From NCBI RefSeq assembly GCF_964194155.1, contig NC_135891.1, positions 61,876,001-61,940,000 of the forward strand: a DNA stretch of 64,000 nucleotides, written 5' to 3'. This stretch comes from Cetorhinus maximus (lineage: Eukaryota). The position numbers and the translations under genes were made by a program. The notes beneath the pieces were generated by a model. It was not told the origin of the DNA, did no database searches, and was given only the letters and a program-made list of their open reading frames with translations. Positions 63,951 to 64,000 of this stretch are shown in pieces; position 1 is the stretch's first letter; each line of letters opens with the position of its first letter.

Positions 63951-64000
63951 ACAATGATATTTTGAGCCACATCTGAAGCACCTGGTGACCATTCCTCGGT

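Larger units (their letters stand above)
58215..64000 (-). mobile_element. Ty1/Copia LTR retrotransposon (GalEa-like), decayed, three nested insertions, continues past the window
   Basis: Domain order: zinc knuckle CFRCGSKYH-VMSC, protease IVLDTVCMSTVC, integrase KLHRQFAHP...IDMATRFS...FLTDN, RT VYGLND.SKVWY...MHVDDF...FKYIG, RNase H FSDASHANL...VVKSTLAAET. Confidence 0.92.

Overview
Repeat-rich eukaryotic DNA with no host protein-coding gene that I can recognise. The repeat families (HER1-like CR1 LINEs, Deu-domain SINEs, L2, Neptune-type Penelope elements, Harbingers) point to a cartilaginous fish, probably a shark; this is an inference. Main contents: (1) a 3.4-kb Penelope-like insertion built as a head-to-head palindrome, with a 13-bp target-site duplication (TSD), lesions shared by both arms and a minimal hammerhead ribozyme motif in each arm; (2) an older inverted Penelope pair and several ~100-135-bp Penelope derivatives that begin at the hammerhead; (3) two full-length but decayed two-gene PIF/Harbinger transposons (DDE transposase plus spliced Myb/SANT gene) and many derivatives with 3-bp TSDs; (4) a decayed GalEa-like Ty1/Copia element carrying three nested Harbinger derivatives; (5) solo LTRs, a probable non-autonomous Helentron, many LINE and SINE fragments, microsatellites, an interstitial telomeric tract and several candidate enhancers. 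All calls were made by eye. Boundaries not fixed by a TSD are approximate.
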